Part shown: in pieces, positions 55,946 through 64,000 of the stretch
Position numbering within the stretch: the first letter of the stretch is position 1
How the letters are laid out: the number at the start of each line of letters is the position of its first letter
Origin: a virus
Virus record (IMG/VR): IMGVR_UViG_3300021085_002380
Length of the DNA: 64,000 bases
Direction: 5' to 3' (one strand)
Notes under the pieces: generated by a model
Databases searched by the model: none
What the model was told of the DNA's origin: nothing
Seen by the model: only the letters and a program-made list of their open reading frames with translations
Position numbers and translations under genes: made by a program

Positions 55946-56695
55946 ATGGCTAGACAGCGAAGACTATCCAGGAAAGAACGACGTAGACAAGAACGAGAAG
56001 AGGAAAACATGATGCGTGTTTTAAACACCAAGTTTTCAATGCGGGCAGTTAAACCGCTAACACCATCTCAATCTGATTTATTTAATTCTTACGAAAGAGG
56101 GTATAATCTCGCAGCCATAGGAACAGCAGGTACAGGAAAAACAATGTGTGCTACATACTTGGCACTCAATGATGTACTACAGAAAGGAGAGTATGAAAAG
56201 GTCGTCATAATTAGATCTGCAGTTCAAACACGCGAGCAAGGCTTTATGCCTGGGTCAAAGGCCCAAAAGGAGGCGGTATTCGAAGGTCCGTATACCGACA
56301 TCGTTAACGATCTATTTAGCAGAGGAGATGCTTATCAAGTTTTAAAACAAAAAGGTATGATTGAATTTATGAGTTCATCGTTTGTAAGAGGACTCACGTT
56401 TGATAATTCAGTCATTATAGTAGACGAATGTCAATCTATGACGTACCATGAACTTGATACTATTATCACACGTGTAGGAGAGTCCTCAAAGATTATCTTC
56501 TGCGGTGATACAAAGCAAGACGATCTTCAACAATCTCGAAACAGAGCAGATATCTCAGGTCTTTACGATTTTGTAAAGGTTCTAAATGCTATCCCATCTT
56601 TTGGTGTGGTAAGATTTGGAGTTGAAGATATTGTTCGTTCAGGATTAGTTAAAGAATATATAATTGCAAAAGAAAAACTTTTAGAGGCTGCATAA
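55946..56695 (+). CDS. phoH: PhoH-family ATPase
   Basis: GTAGTGKT, GFMPG, RGLTF, DECQ, GD..Q.D, DIVRS. Confidence 0.95.
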   Translation: MARQRRLSRKERRRQEREEENMMRVLNTKFSMRAVKPLTPSQSDLFNSYERGYNLAAIGTAGTGKTMCATYLALNDVLQKGEYEKVVIIRSAVQTREQGFMPGSKAQKEAVFEGPYTDIVNDLFSRGDAYQVLKQKGMIEFMSSSFVRGLTFDNSVIIVDECQSMTYHELDTIITRVGESSKIIFCGDTKQDDLQQSRNRADISGLYDFVKVLNAIPSFGVVRFGVEDIVRSGLVKEYIIAKEKLLEAA

Positions 56696-57048
56696 TGGCG
56701 TTAGCTGCACGCGGAGACACAATAGAAACAGTAGATACAGTTCATCCAGCATCAGGAGATGCGGTGGCAAACGATGGATCTAATTGTGACGTAAATTCAA
56801 TAAACACTTCAACAGACGCGTGTAGCGGAAAAGTTTTTGCACAAGGTATCGGCGTTGTCAGATTTGGCGATGCCGTTACCAATCATATACAAGGCGGTGT
56901 TTGTACTAATCATGCAATCGCGCCTACTCTTAACACAGGTTCATCTAAGGTGAAAATTGAAGGAAAGAAAGCAGGGCGCAAAGGTGATACATATTCTTGC
57001 TCTGCTGAAATCAAAACAGGAGCGCCTAAAGTAGATATAGGCGGCTAA
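56695..57048 (+). CDS. PAAR-like spike tip protein
   Basis: AARGD, GSSKVKIEGKKAGRKGD, C/H ligands. Confidence 0.75.
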   Translation: MALAARGDTIETVDTVHPASGDAVANDGSNCDVNSINTSTDACSGKVFAQGIGVVRFGDAVTNHIQGGVCTNHAIAPTLNTGSSKVKIEGKKAGRKGDTYSCSAEIKTGAPKVDIGG

Positions 57049-57056
57049 TTTATATT

Positions 57057-57728
57057 ATGTTTAATCATGTAGAGCACGGCGTGGTGCTTCCCAAATTAAC
57101 ACGTGAAACAACTACAACTGGTAGAAAATACTTTACACCAGAAGGAAACGCATATCCGTCAATCACAACGGTTCTTGGCGTATTAAATAAAGAAGGAATT
57201 CTTGCGTGGCGTCAAAGAGTTGGCGAAGCGGAAGCAAATAGAATATCACAGCAAGCCGCCACTCGTGGTACGGCGGTACACAAACTTGCAGAAGATTATT
57301 TAGATAATAAAGAGGATTGGAACAAAGGTGCAATGCCTTCAAATCTCCAATCCTTTAATGATTTAAAATCTATACTTGACCAACGTTTAAACAATGTTTG
57401 GTTTCAAGAAGAGTTCTTATACTCTGATAGACTAAAATGCGCAGGACAGGTTGACTGCATCGCTGAGTTTGACGGTCAACTTTCTATTGTTGATTTTAAA
57501 ACATCAAGGAAACCAAAGAAAGAGGAATGGATTACTAATTACTTTATTCAAGCATCTTTTTACGCCGCTGCATTTTATGAAAGAACCTCCATACCAATTA
57601 AACAAGGCGTGATCTTGATAACCGTAGACGGTTCAGAACCACAAGTCTTTAAAGTTAACACTTACGATTATTTAGAACATTTTATTGCAGTACGAAAAAA
57701 GTACAAAGAAATGAAAGAACGCCATTGA
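57057..57728 (+). CDS. PD-(D/E)XK exonuclease
   Basis: YPSITTVL, RGTAVH, AGQVD, VDFKTS, Q...Y. Confidence 0.88.
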   Translation: MFNHVEHGVVLPKLTRETTTTGRKYFTPEGNAYPSITTVLGVLNKEGILAWRQRVGEAEANRISQQAATRGTAVHKLAEDYLDNKEDWNKGAMPSNLQSFNDLKSILDQRLNNVWFQEEFLYSDRLKCAGQVDCIAEFDGQLSIVDFKTSRKPKKEEWITNYFIQASFYAAAFYERTSIPIKQGVILITVDGSEPQVFKVNTYDYLEHFIAVRKKYKEMKERH

Positions 57729-57787
57729 CATTCATTATGAAATGGTTTATATTGATTCTATAAGGTAAAACAAAAGGAATCAAAATG
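57725..57787 (+). promoter_or_regulatory. Early promoter + RBS cassette (repeat family)
   Basis: TTGACA-17-TATATT-GATTCTATAAGGTAAAACAAAAGGAATCAA. Confidence 0.85.
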
Positions 57788-58084
57788 ACAAAGTTCAACA
57801 AAACAGACTTCAGCTACCACGGTGGATATCTTATGTACACAGGTTCGTATGAAGGCCAACCAGTATATGAAGACAGTGAAAGAGTTCACCCTTCAAATGT
57901 TGGTCGTGGCATTGACCTTTTCATTGCTCGGTTCAAGTACCGTGGAAGTCCTATCAAAATGGGAGCTTTCAAAAAGTTCCTTATCAACAACTTCACCGTT
58001 GAAGAATATGCTGCAGCTCGTAAGGTTGAAGGAATTGAAAGTTCACCTCTTAAAATCTTAGAATCGAAAGGATTTGCTGTATGA
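57785..58084 (+). CDS. Hypothetical early protein
   Basis: Behind cassette promoter. Confidence 0.65.
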   Translation: MTKFNKTDFSYHGGYLMYTGSYEGQPVYEDSERVHPSNVGRGIDLFIARFKYRGSPIKMGAFKKFLINNFTVEEYAAARKVEGIESSPLKILESKGFAV

Positions 58085-58650
58085 ATATATTTGTATTATC
58101 AGAAGAGCCGCGAGAAGCGGCTCAGATGGTCTGCGACAAACACTGTAGTAAAATGATTATTGAGTCTGGACAAATGCTGTCCACTGCACATCGTATGCTT
58201 GACGGATATATGGAAAAGCGTCCTTCAAAGTCAGGTAAGGTCATGGTTAAGTACTTTGTCCATCCTAATAATAATCTTGAAGAAACGCTTTACAAAGCAG
58301 TACATCACGGACATCCATGCACAGTATGGTCTATGAAATCAAAGGCCAATTATCTATGGCATTATGAGCACTTTCTCGGGCTTATAGATGAGTTTCTGGT
58401 ACGCTACAAAAAGCTTCATATGACTGCAAACAAGTTGACTGAAGTTCTTGCTAATCCGCCGGAAAATATACCAGACATAGGTCTAACCGAATTTCCACAA
58501 GCAATGAATAACTTTCCGTTATGCAAGGTTGAAGGCAATCCAGTTGCAGCATATCGTAAATATTATCATATGACTAAAGACTTTGCTGTATGGAATAAAG
58601 GGCGTTCTGCTCCTGATTGGTGGCAAGGTTTTCAAGGATATCCAGCTTGA
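58081..58650 (+). CDS. Pyrimidine-dimer DNA glycosylase (DenV-like)
   Basis: MNIF, DKH..KMIIES.QMLSTAH, HPCT.W. Confidence 0.8.
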   Translation: MNIFVLSEEPREAAQMVCDKHCSKMIIESGQMLSTAHRMLDGYMEKRPSKSGKVMVKYFVHPNNNLEETLYKAVHHGHPCTVWSMKSKANYLWHYEHFLGLIDEFLVRYKKLHMTANKLTEVLANPPENIPDIGLTEFPQAMNNFPLCKVEGNPVAAYRKYYHMTKDFAVWNKGRSAPDWWQGFQGYPA

Positions 58651-58979
58651 GATACATAATAATTGACCAAGAGATGGGTGTGTTTCTCGGCACTCATCGA
58701 ATGCCACTTCAAGGAGCTGGCGGTCCTATAAACATTATGAGAATATTTTCAAAAAACGATATGTTTGGTATCAGCAGAGCATATTCTTTTGATACTAAAA
58801 AAGATGCGTTTAAATATATGCAAGCATTCTTAATAGAGGACTATCCTCTTTGTAAAATTGTGGAAGTAGAATCAAGTGGTCAATATGTTGATGTTATAGA
58901 TTTAATTAAGTCAGGATACACTCAATACACACATGACATGGTTGACGCGTTGCCGATGGACAACGAAACTATCCACTAA
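58647..58979 (+). CDS. Hypothetical protein
   Basis: Probable TTG start overlapping the upstream stop. Confidence 0.55.
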   Translation: MRYIIIDQEMGVFLGTHRMPLQGAGGPINIMRIFSKNDMFGISRAYSFDTKKDAFKYMQAFLIEDYPLCKIVEVESSGQYVDVIDLIKSGYTQYTHDMVDALPMDNETIH

Positions 58980-59066
58980 TTTTTTTCAATTTAATTTCAT
59001 TTTATTGTTGACATTTCGTTTAGAATCAGTTATATTATTAATATAACAAATGAAAAGGAATCAGTC

Positions 59067-59414
59067 ATGACAAGTCAAACTCAACTTTTTTGGAAAGAAA
59101 CACCACTTGCAAACGTAGCTGCGTTAGTTGCGAAATTTCGTGGTTATGCACAAGATGAAGAAGCAATTGAAAACGACATGGCTGATATGTATAACGAAGA
59201 CGCTGACGATTTTCACAAAGCAATCGTTTTGTTTCGTCAGTCAGATTGCGAAGGTTTAGCTGAACATATTAATCGTATGGATACATCTCCTCGTGAAGAC
59301 TTGGTTGAAGCTTTTTGGTTTGACTGCGGCAATGAATTCGTTGAAAAAAACCTTGGGTTTGAAATGAGTCAATCTTGGATTGATTTTCAAAATGAATTAA
59401 AAGTTGCAGTTTAA
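59067..59414 (+). CDS. Hypothetical early protein
   Basis: Behind promoter 59008-59036. Confidence 0.65.
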   Translation: MTSQTQLFWKETPLANVAALVAKFRGYAQDEEAIENDMADMYNEDADDFHKAIVLFRQSDCEGLAEHINRMDTSPREDLVEAFWFDCGNEFVEKNLGFEMSQSWIDFQNELKVAV

Positions 59415-59477
59415 CTATTGACATTATGATGGAATCAGTATATACTAGTTATATACAAAATGAAAAGGAAATAACAA

Positions 59478-60434
59478 ATGGCACATGAATTGGAAATGAT
59501 TAACGGCGAAGCTCAAATGGCATACCGTGAAAGCAAAGGCCTCCCTTGGCATGGTCTAGGAGTTCCTGTTGGCGACGACATGTCACCGCAGCAAATGATG
59601 GAAGCAGCAGGCCTTGATTGGTCAGTTGAAAAAGTCAACACATTCATCAATTATAACGGTGAACAAAAAGAAACTGGCCAACAAGCATTGGTTCGTTCAT
59701 CAGACGGAAAAATCCTTACGCAAGTTGGCACTGGTTGGAACCCAGTACAAAACTCTGAAGCATTTGAGTTTTTCAACGACTTCGTTTCAAATGGCGATAT
59801 GGCTATGGATACAGCCGGTTCGTTGAAAGATGGCCGTTTGGTTTGGGCTTTGGCGGATGTCCGCGATGGCTTTGAGCTTTTTGGTGGTGATGCTGTTAAA
59901 GGTTACCTTTTGTTTTCTAACCCACACGTTTATGGCAAAAGCATTGACATCAAGTTCGTAATGGAACGTGTTGTATGCAATAACACATTGGCTGTAGCTC
60001 TTAACGAAAAGAACCAACCATCTGTACGTGTAAATCACCGCTCAGTATTTGACCCTGAAAGCGTTAAAGAAATCCTTGGCTTGTCGCACAATAAAGTTGA
60101 AAAGTTCAAAGAAGCTGCGGAGTTTCTTGGTTCTAAAAACTATGACAAAGAAGTACTTAACCGCTTTATGGCAAAGATCTTTGGAGAGTCAACTCGTGAA
60201 GATCGTGTTTTGTCACGCACAGCTGAACGCGCTGTTGAAGTTGTTGAAAACCAACCAGGAGATAACTTCCGTCCTGGAACTTGGTGGAACGCATACAACG
60301 CAGTTACCTATATGGCTGACCACGAATTAGGTCGTTCTGCAGATACTCGTATGGCATCCGCTTGGTTTGGAACAAATGCAAAGCGCAAAGTTGACGCGTT
60401 GGATCTTGCATTGGAGATGGCTAATGCGTCGTAA
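59478..60434 (+). CDS. DUF932-domain protein
   Basis: PWHGLG, AGLDW.V, PVQN.EAF, RVVCNNTL; promoter 59418-59446. Confidence 0.88.
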   Translation: MAHELEMINGEAQMAYRESKGLPWHGLGVPVGDDMSPQQMMEAAGLDWSVEKVNTFINYNGEQKETGQQALVRSSDGKILTQVGTGWNPVQNSEAFEFFNDFVSNGDMAMDTAGSLKDGRLVWALADVRDGFELFGGDAVKGYLLFSNPHVYGKSIDIKFVMERVVCNNTLAVALNEKNQPSVRVNHRSVFDPESVKEILGLSHNKVEKFKEAAEFLGSKNYDKEVLNRFMAKIFGESTREDRVLSRTAERAVEVVENQPGDNFRPGTWWNAYNAVTYMADHELGRSADTRMASAWFGTNAKRKVDALDLALEMANAS

Positions 60435-60537
60435 ATTAAAAAACCTAAAACCAATTGAAGTAGTCCTTTATGGACTATTTCTAGGTTTAATTTGCATATG
60501 GGTTGACATGAATTTTATTCCAGGAGGTATGTATTAA
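60424..60537 (+). CDS. Small single-TM protein (37 aa)
   Basis: Basic N-terminus plus hydrophobic helix. Confidence 0.4.
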   Translation: MRRKLKNLKPIEVVLYGLFLGLICIWVDMNFIPGGMY

Positions 60538-60903
60538 ATGCTTACTATTTACGGAATTGTTTTAACTCATATCGTAGGTGGAGCTAGTTATCATTACACA
60601 GGTGGTAACGAATACTTTTTAATTCCAGGAGTATTGCTAATTCTTTATAACATGTATAATTATACAAAAGTTTCCGTGCTAGTACTAAGTCCGCATTGGA
60701 ACATTGAGTTGGAATATGATGAAGATTCAACGTGGAAAGAAAAGTTCCTGGTTCAAAGCTCATCTATAATTACTCTTGCGTATATCTACCAATCAGGCTA
60801 TATGTTTGCTGCAGGGTTAATGTCTTTTTATGCAATTGTTGTTCTACTTTCGTTAATTATTACTGTGGCAAATATTGACATGTCTGAAGGAGGAGATGAA
60901 TGA
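60538..60903 (+). CDS. Membrane protein
   Basis: Several hydrophobic segments; AGGAGG RBS. Confidence 0.65.
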   Translation: MLTIYGIVLTHIVGGASYHYTGGNEYFLIPGVLLILYNMYNYTKVSVLVLSPHWNIELEYDEDSTWKEKFLVQSSSIITLAYIYQSGYMFAAGLMSFYAIVVLLSLIITVANIDMSEGGDE

Positions 60904-61328
60904 AAATACTAATCTTTGGTCTGCCAGGATCAGGTAAAACTTGGCTCGCTGAACGGCTACAACAACGCTTAAATTGCGCTTGGTTTAATGCTGATAAAAT
61001 CCGTGAAATGGCAAACGACTGGGAATTCAGTGAAGCTGCTCGTTTACGTCAAGCTTATCGTATGAAAGGTATTGCTGATTACGAAAAAGAAATGAGACGA
61101 ATGGTTATCTGCGATTTCGTTTGTCCGCTTGAGGAAACACGAGAAATTTTTAATGCTGATTACACTGTATGGATGGATACTATCCAAGAAGGTCGTTTTG
61201 GCGATACTAATAAAATGTTCCAAAAACCTTCAAAAGTTAATTACCATGTAACTGAATGGTTTGATAATACAGATGAAACTTTAGCCGATGCAGTTGAAAG
61301 ACATATAAGGATTTACGAAAATGTTTGA
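60900..61328 (+). CDS. cysC: Adenylyl-sulfate kinase-like P-loop kinase
   Basis: GLPGSGKT, ADKIR...FS...R, FVCP, FQKP. Confidence 0.7.
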   Translation: MKILIFGLPGSGKTWLAERLQQRLNCAWFNADKIREMANDWEFSEAARLRQAYRMKGIADYEKEMRRMVICDFVCPLEETREIFNADYTVWMDTIQEGRFGDTNKMFQKPSKVNYHVTEWFDNTDETLADAVERHIRIYENV

Positions 61329-61728
61329 CTATAAGAAACCGACAGTACAAATGCTAGGCCGATGGCAACCTTGGCACGATGGTCATACTGAGTTATTTAA
61401 ACGTGCACATGCAGTTACAGGTCAGGTTGTTATTATGATCCGTGATGTATATAACTTTGACGGCGATGCAGGTGCTGGTCGTACTGTGGCACAAGACGAT
61501 AATCCTTTTGGTATTATTGATGTAATCGCAAATATTGAAAAAGGATTGGCTGAACATGGTTTTCAAAATGGATATGAATATCTAATTCTAGAAGTACCTA
61601 ATATTGTTGATATTAGTTATGGGCGCGGAGTAGGTTATACCTTTACAGAACACGATCTAGGTAAAGATATCCATGATATCAGCGCAACTAAAATTCGCAA
61701 ACAAATGCGTGAAGAAGGTAAACTATAA
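61321..61728 (+). CDS. HxGH nucleotidyltransferase (cytidylyltransferase/ATP-sulfurylase-like)
   Basis: GRWQPWHDGH, ISATKIR. Confidence 0.8.
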   Translation: MFDYKKPTVQMLGRWQPWHDGHTELFKRAHAVTGQVVIMIRDVYNFDGDAGAGRTVAQDDNPFGIIDVIANIEKGLAEHGFQNGYEYLILEVPNIVDISYGRGVGYTFTEHDLGKDIHDISATKIRKQMREEGKL

Positions 61729-61820
61729 TGGAAGCACCAGTTTATGAAAAAGGCTACCCAAGCTATGAAGCCGTTAACGGCATGGGAGATTTGAAATTTA
61801 CAACAGCAGGAGATTATTTA

Positions 61821-62066
61821 ATGGCACAAGATACAGCAACAGTAACCGCAGACGAACTACGTGCATTCATTGAACGCATTGAGCGTTTGGAACAAGAGAA
61901 AAAAGATATCATGGACTCTATTAAGGAAGTTTATGCCGAAGCAAAAGGCGGAGGATATGACGCAAAGGTAATGCGTAAAATTGTTTCAATTCGTAAACGT
62001 AATCGTGATGATATTGATAATGAAAACGCGATGACTGAAATGTATATGGACGCCTTAGGAATGTAA
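61821..62066 (+). CDS. gapR: GapR (DUF2312) nucleoid-associated protein
   Basis: ADELRAFIERIERLEQEKKDI...KEVYAEAK..GYD.K; AGGAG RBS before 61821; frame open from 61728. Confidence 0.9.
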   Translation: MAQDTATVTADELRAFIERIERLEQEKKDIMDSIKEVYAEAKGGGYDAKVMRKIVSIRKRNRDDIDNENAMTEMYMDALGM

Positions 62067-62098
62067 ATTCTGTCTCAATTAACATTACATATTTAAAC

Positions 62099-62126
62099 AA
62101 AAAAAGGGGAGCAATTAAGCTCCCCT
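62099..62126 (-). terminator. Intrinsic terminator after gene 23
   Basis: AGGGGAGC-AATTAA-GCTCCCCT with upstream A run (U tail on the minus strand). Confidence 0.85.
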
Positions 62127-62155
62127 AGTTTGTATCGTTAACCGATATCTTGTTA

Positions 62156-63463
62156 TTAGAACAAGTTAGATACAGTCACACGACGGTAGTAAACGTTAGA
62201 GTCTACAGTCAATGCGCCGTTTCCTTGTGAAGCACCAGCTGAGAACGGGTTAGAGACCATGCCGTAGCGAGTCTTAAATCCGATTTTTGGCTGGAAGCTG
62301 TTTTCACCAACTGCGCGAACCATCTGCAATGGTACGTATGGGCAATAGAAGATACCAGCATCAAAAGATGAAGAACCTTTATAACCTACAACCATGTAGT
62401 TAGCTCCGGCATATGGATCGATGTATACTCTGTAACGACCGTTCAGAACACCGGCGAATGTATTGCCTGTATCGTCTACGTCGAGGGCGTTGCTGTTCAA
62501 CGCTGGAGTATAATCAAGAACACCTGCCATTTGCAATGCGGATGCAACATCGGAGGAACAGATAACCATGTTACCTTTACCACGACGTGTACCTTTTGCA
62601 ATTGCGTTTGCTTCTTGTTCGATTTGGAACATCAGGCCTTTGAATTTCTCAACTGACCAACGACCATTTGCATCAACGTCCAGATCAAAAGTACCTGGTG
62701 TTGCTGTACCGGCTGCGCCGAGTACCGCGTTTGTGTAAATGGTACGAACCAATTCGCGGTTGATTTCAACCAAGATTTCTGATTGCAGAATGTTTGCCAA
62801 TTCTGTTTCAGCATCCAAACCGTGTACGGCTTTAAGATCCTGAGCAAGCTCAGCAGTGTATTCGGCTTTCAGCTGACGAGATTTCGCTGTTACGGAAACT
62901 TTCTCGATTGAGAATGCCATCTCAGCAAAGTTAGCATCTGATTCAGCATCGGCTGTTGCCATGCCTGTACCAGTTGTAGTAACTGTTGAGTTAGCAGAAC
63001 CCAATGCTTGTGCATGAGTACCTGTACCAGAGAAGTCTGTATCGGCTTCGTTATAGAATACTTCGTTAGCCGCAGCTTGCGTAGTATGTGTTGAACGCAT
63101 TGCGAAGATCAAGCCTGTTGGGCCAGTCATCGGCTGAACACCAGCGATGTCATATGCGATCAAGTTTGGCATTGCACGACGTACCAATGAAATTAGGATT
63201 GGGTCGTAACCTGCAGTTGGACCGGTTGCAGTTGAGTCTGCGCCGAAGCCACCTGTGCCTGCGTCGTTTACATGAGTTGCTTCAGACAAAAGCGATGTCA
63301 TGTTTGCACTAAGATCACCTTCAGATACTAGAGCTTTTTGAGTATTCTCTAGAACAGTTGCAGTGACCGATTTACGGTGCTGATCTTTAATGTTTGTAAA
63401 AGAGTCGTGCTCCAGAACTGGGCCCCACTTTTCTACAAGCGCTTGATAGTTTGACTGAGTCAT
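62156..63463 (-). CDS. 23: Major capsid protein gp23
   Basis: LISLVRRAMP, GVQPMTGPTGLIFAMR, FYCPYVPL, GFKTRYG. Confidence 0.98.
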   Translation of the reverse strand: MTQSNYQALVEKWGPVLEHDSFTNIKDQHRKSVTATVLENTQKALVSEGDLSANMTSLLSEATHVNDAGTGGFGADSTATGPTAGYDPILISLVRRAMPNLIAYDIAGVQPMTGPTGLIFAMRSTHTTQAAANEVFYNEADTDFSGTGTHAQALGSANSTVTTTGTGMATADAESDANFAEMAFSIEKVSVTAKSRQLKAEYTAELAQDLKAVHGLDAETELANILQSEILVEINRELVRTIYTNAVLGAAGTATPGTFDLDVDANGRWSVEKFKGLMFQIEQEANAIAKGTRRGKGNMVICSSDVASALQMAGVLDYTPALNSNALDVDDTGNTFAGVLNGRYRVYIDPYAGANYMVVGYKGSSSFDAGIFYCPYVPLQMVRAVGENSFQPKIGFKTRYGMVSNPFSAGASQGNGALTVDSNVYYRRVTVSNLF

Positions 63464-63503
63464 ATCTTTCTATCTCCTTGTTTATTGTTTGTTCGTCTAG
63501 GAT

Positions 63504-63511
63504 TATTTATA
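63504..63511 (-). promoter_or_regulatory. Late promoter for gene 23
   Basis: TATTTATA on + = TATAAATA on -. Confidence 0.8.
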
Positions 63512-63528
63512 AAGTTAAGGTTTTCAAA

Positions 63529-64000
63529 TTATTTCTTCGCAAAAGCTGCGAGAAGAGCATTGATTGACGGATCTTCAGAAGCTGGTTTAGCAACAACTGT
63601 TTCCTCAGTCAAGATTTCTTCTTCGTCGTCTTGAGCTTCCTCTGCAACAACCGGTTTGGTATCTGCAAAGAATGATTCTTTAAGAGTATTTAGATTAGCT
63701 GTATACTCATCAACGTTTTCGAAGTCAAGCTTTTCGGAAAGTACTTTCAGACGCTCGGCTTGAGTCAGCGTAAGTCCTTCAGTCATTTCGTTAAAAACTT
63801 TCTCTGCCTTAAGGCCCGAGATTTCTTTTGCAAGCGCGAGATTTTCATCGATGCGTTTGTTTGCGTCGTCGGTCATTACTTCAACTTTCTCTTCAAGTCC
63901 TGCAACCACATCAACAACTTCGTCGTCTACTGTAATGTTGTGCTCAGTGAAAAGATCCTTAAGGCCGTCCATTAACGATTCTGCCATATCAACCTTGATA
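63529..64000 (-). CDS. 22: Prohead core scaffold gp22 (runs off the window end)
   Basis: Acidic coiled coil, AESLM.GLKDLF.EH, LKESFF; immediately upstream of gene 23. Confidence 0.9.
   Translation of the reverse strand, partial: IKVDMAESLMDGLKDLFTEHNITVDDEVVDVVAGLEEKVEVMTDDANKRIDENLALAKEISGLKAEKVFNEMTEGLTLTQAERLKVLSEKLDFENVDEYTANLNTLKESFFADTKPVVAEEAQDDEEEILTEETVVAKPASEDPSINALLAAFAKK

Noticed and set aside
98-60038. Numerous minus-strand and alternative-frame ORFs in the track
   Set aside because: They are shadows of well-supported + strand genes, with no RBS or recognisable motifs.

Overview
The window is a 64-kb segment of a large T4-like myovirus genome. It carries the replication core (gp43, gp33, gp59, gp32, UvsX, gp41, gp61, RNase H), thyX, a class I RNR, a lysis module and, on the minus strand at the right end, gp23 and gp22. 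Genes to ~62.1 kb are on the + strand, driven by sigma70-type early promoters (TTGACA-17-TAnnnT) and T4 late promoters (TATAAATA). The host is very probably an alphaproteobacterium, likely marine and Rhodobacteraceae-like. Evidence: a permuted two-piece tmRNA (tag ANDNFAPSGYALAA), Shemin-pathway ALA synthase, GapR, DUF1127 and a porin. Main points: (1) a 16-kb late block whose proteins share an 'MKxFKxFxxE' N-terminus resembling the T4 capsid-targeting sequence and carry repeated L-x-E sites. This suggests a packaged, protease-processed enzyme payload including a (p)ppGpp-hydrolase-like HD protein, a ligase-like nucleotidyltransferase and a 964-aa putative polyprotein. (2) A family of repeated early promoters carrying GcrA-preferred GANTC sites, plus PhoB-, NrdR-, LacI- and LysR-type boxes elsewhere, which suggests wiring into host regulons. 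(3) A heme-to-bilin gene set (hemA, hemO, pcyX-like, ybaN, iscA). (4) A probable sulfated-glycan pathway with its own candidate PAPS supply. All family calls come from motif recognition by eye; no database searches were run.
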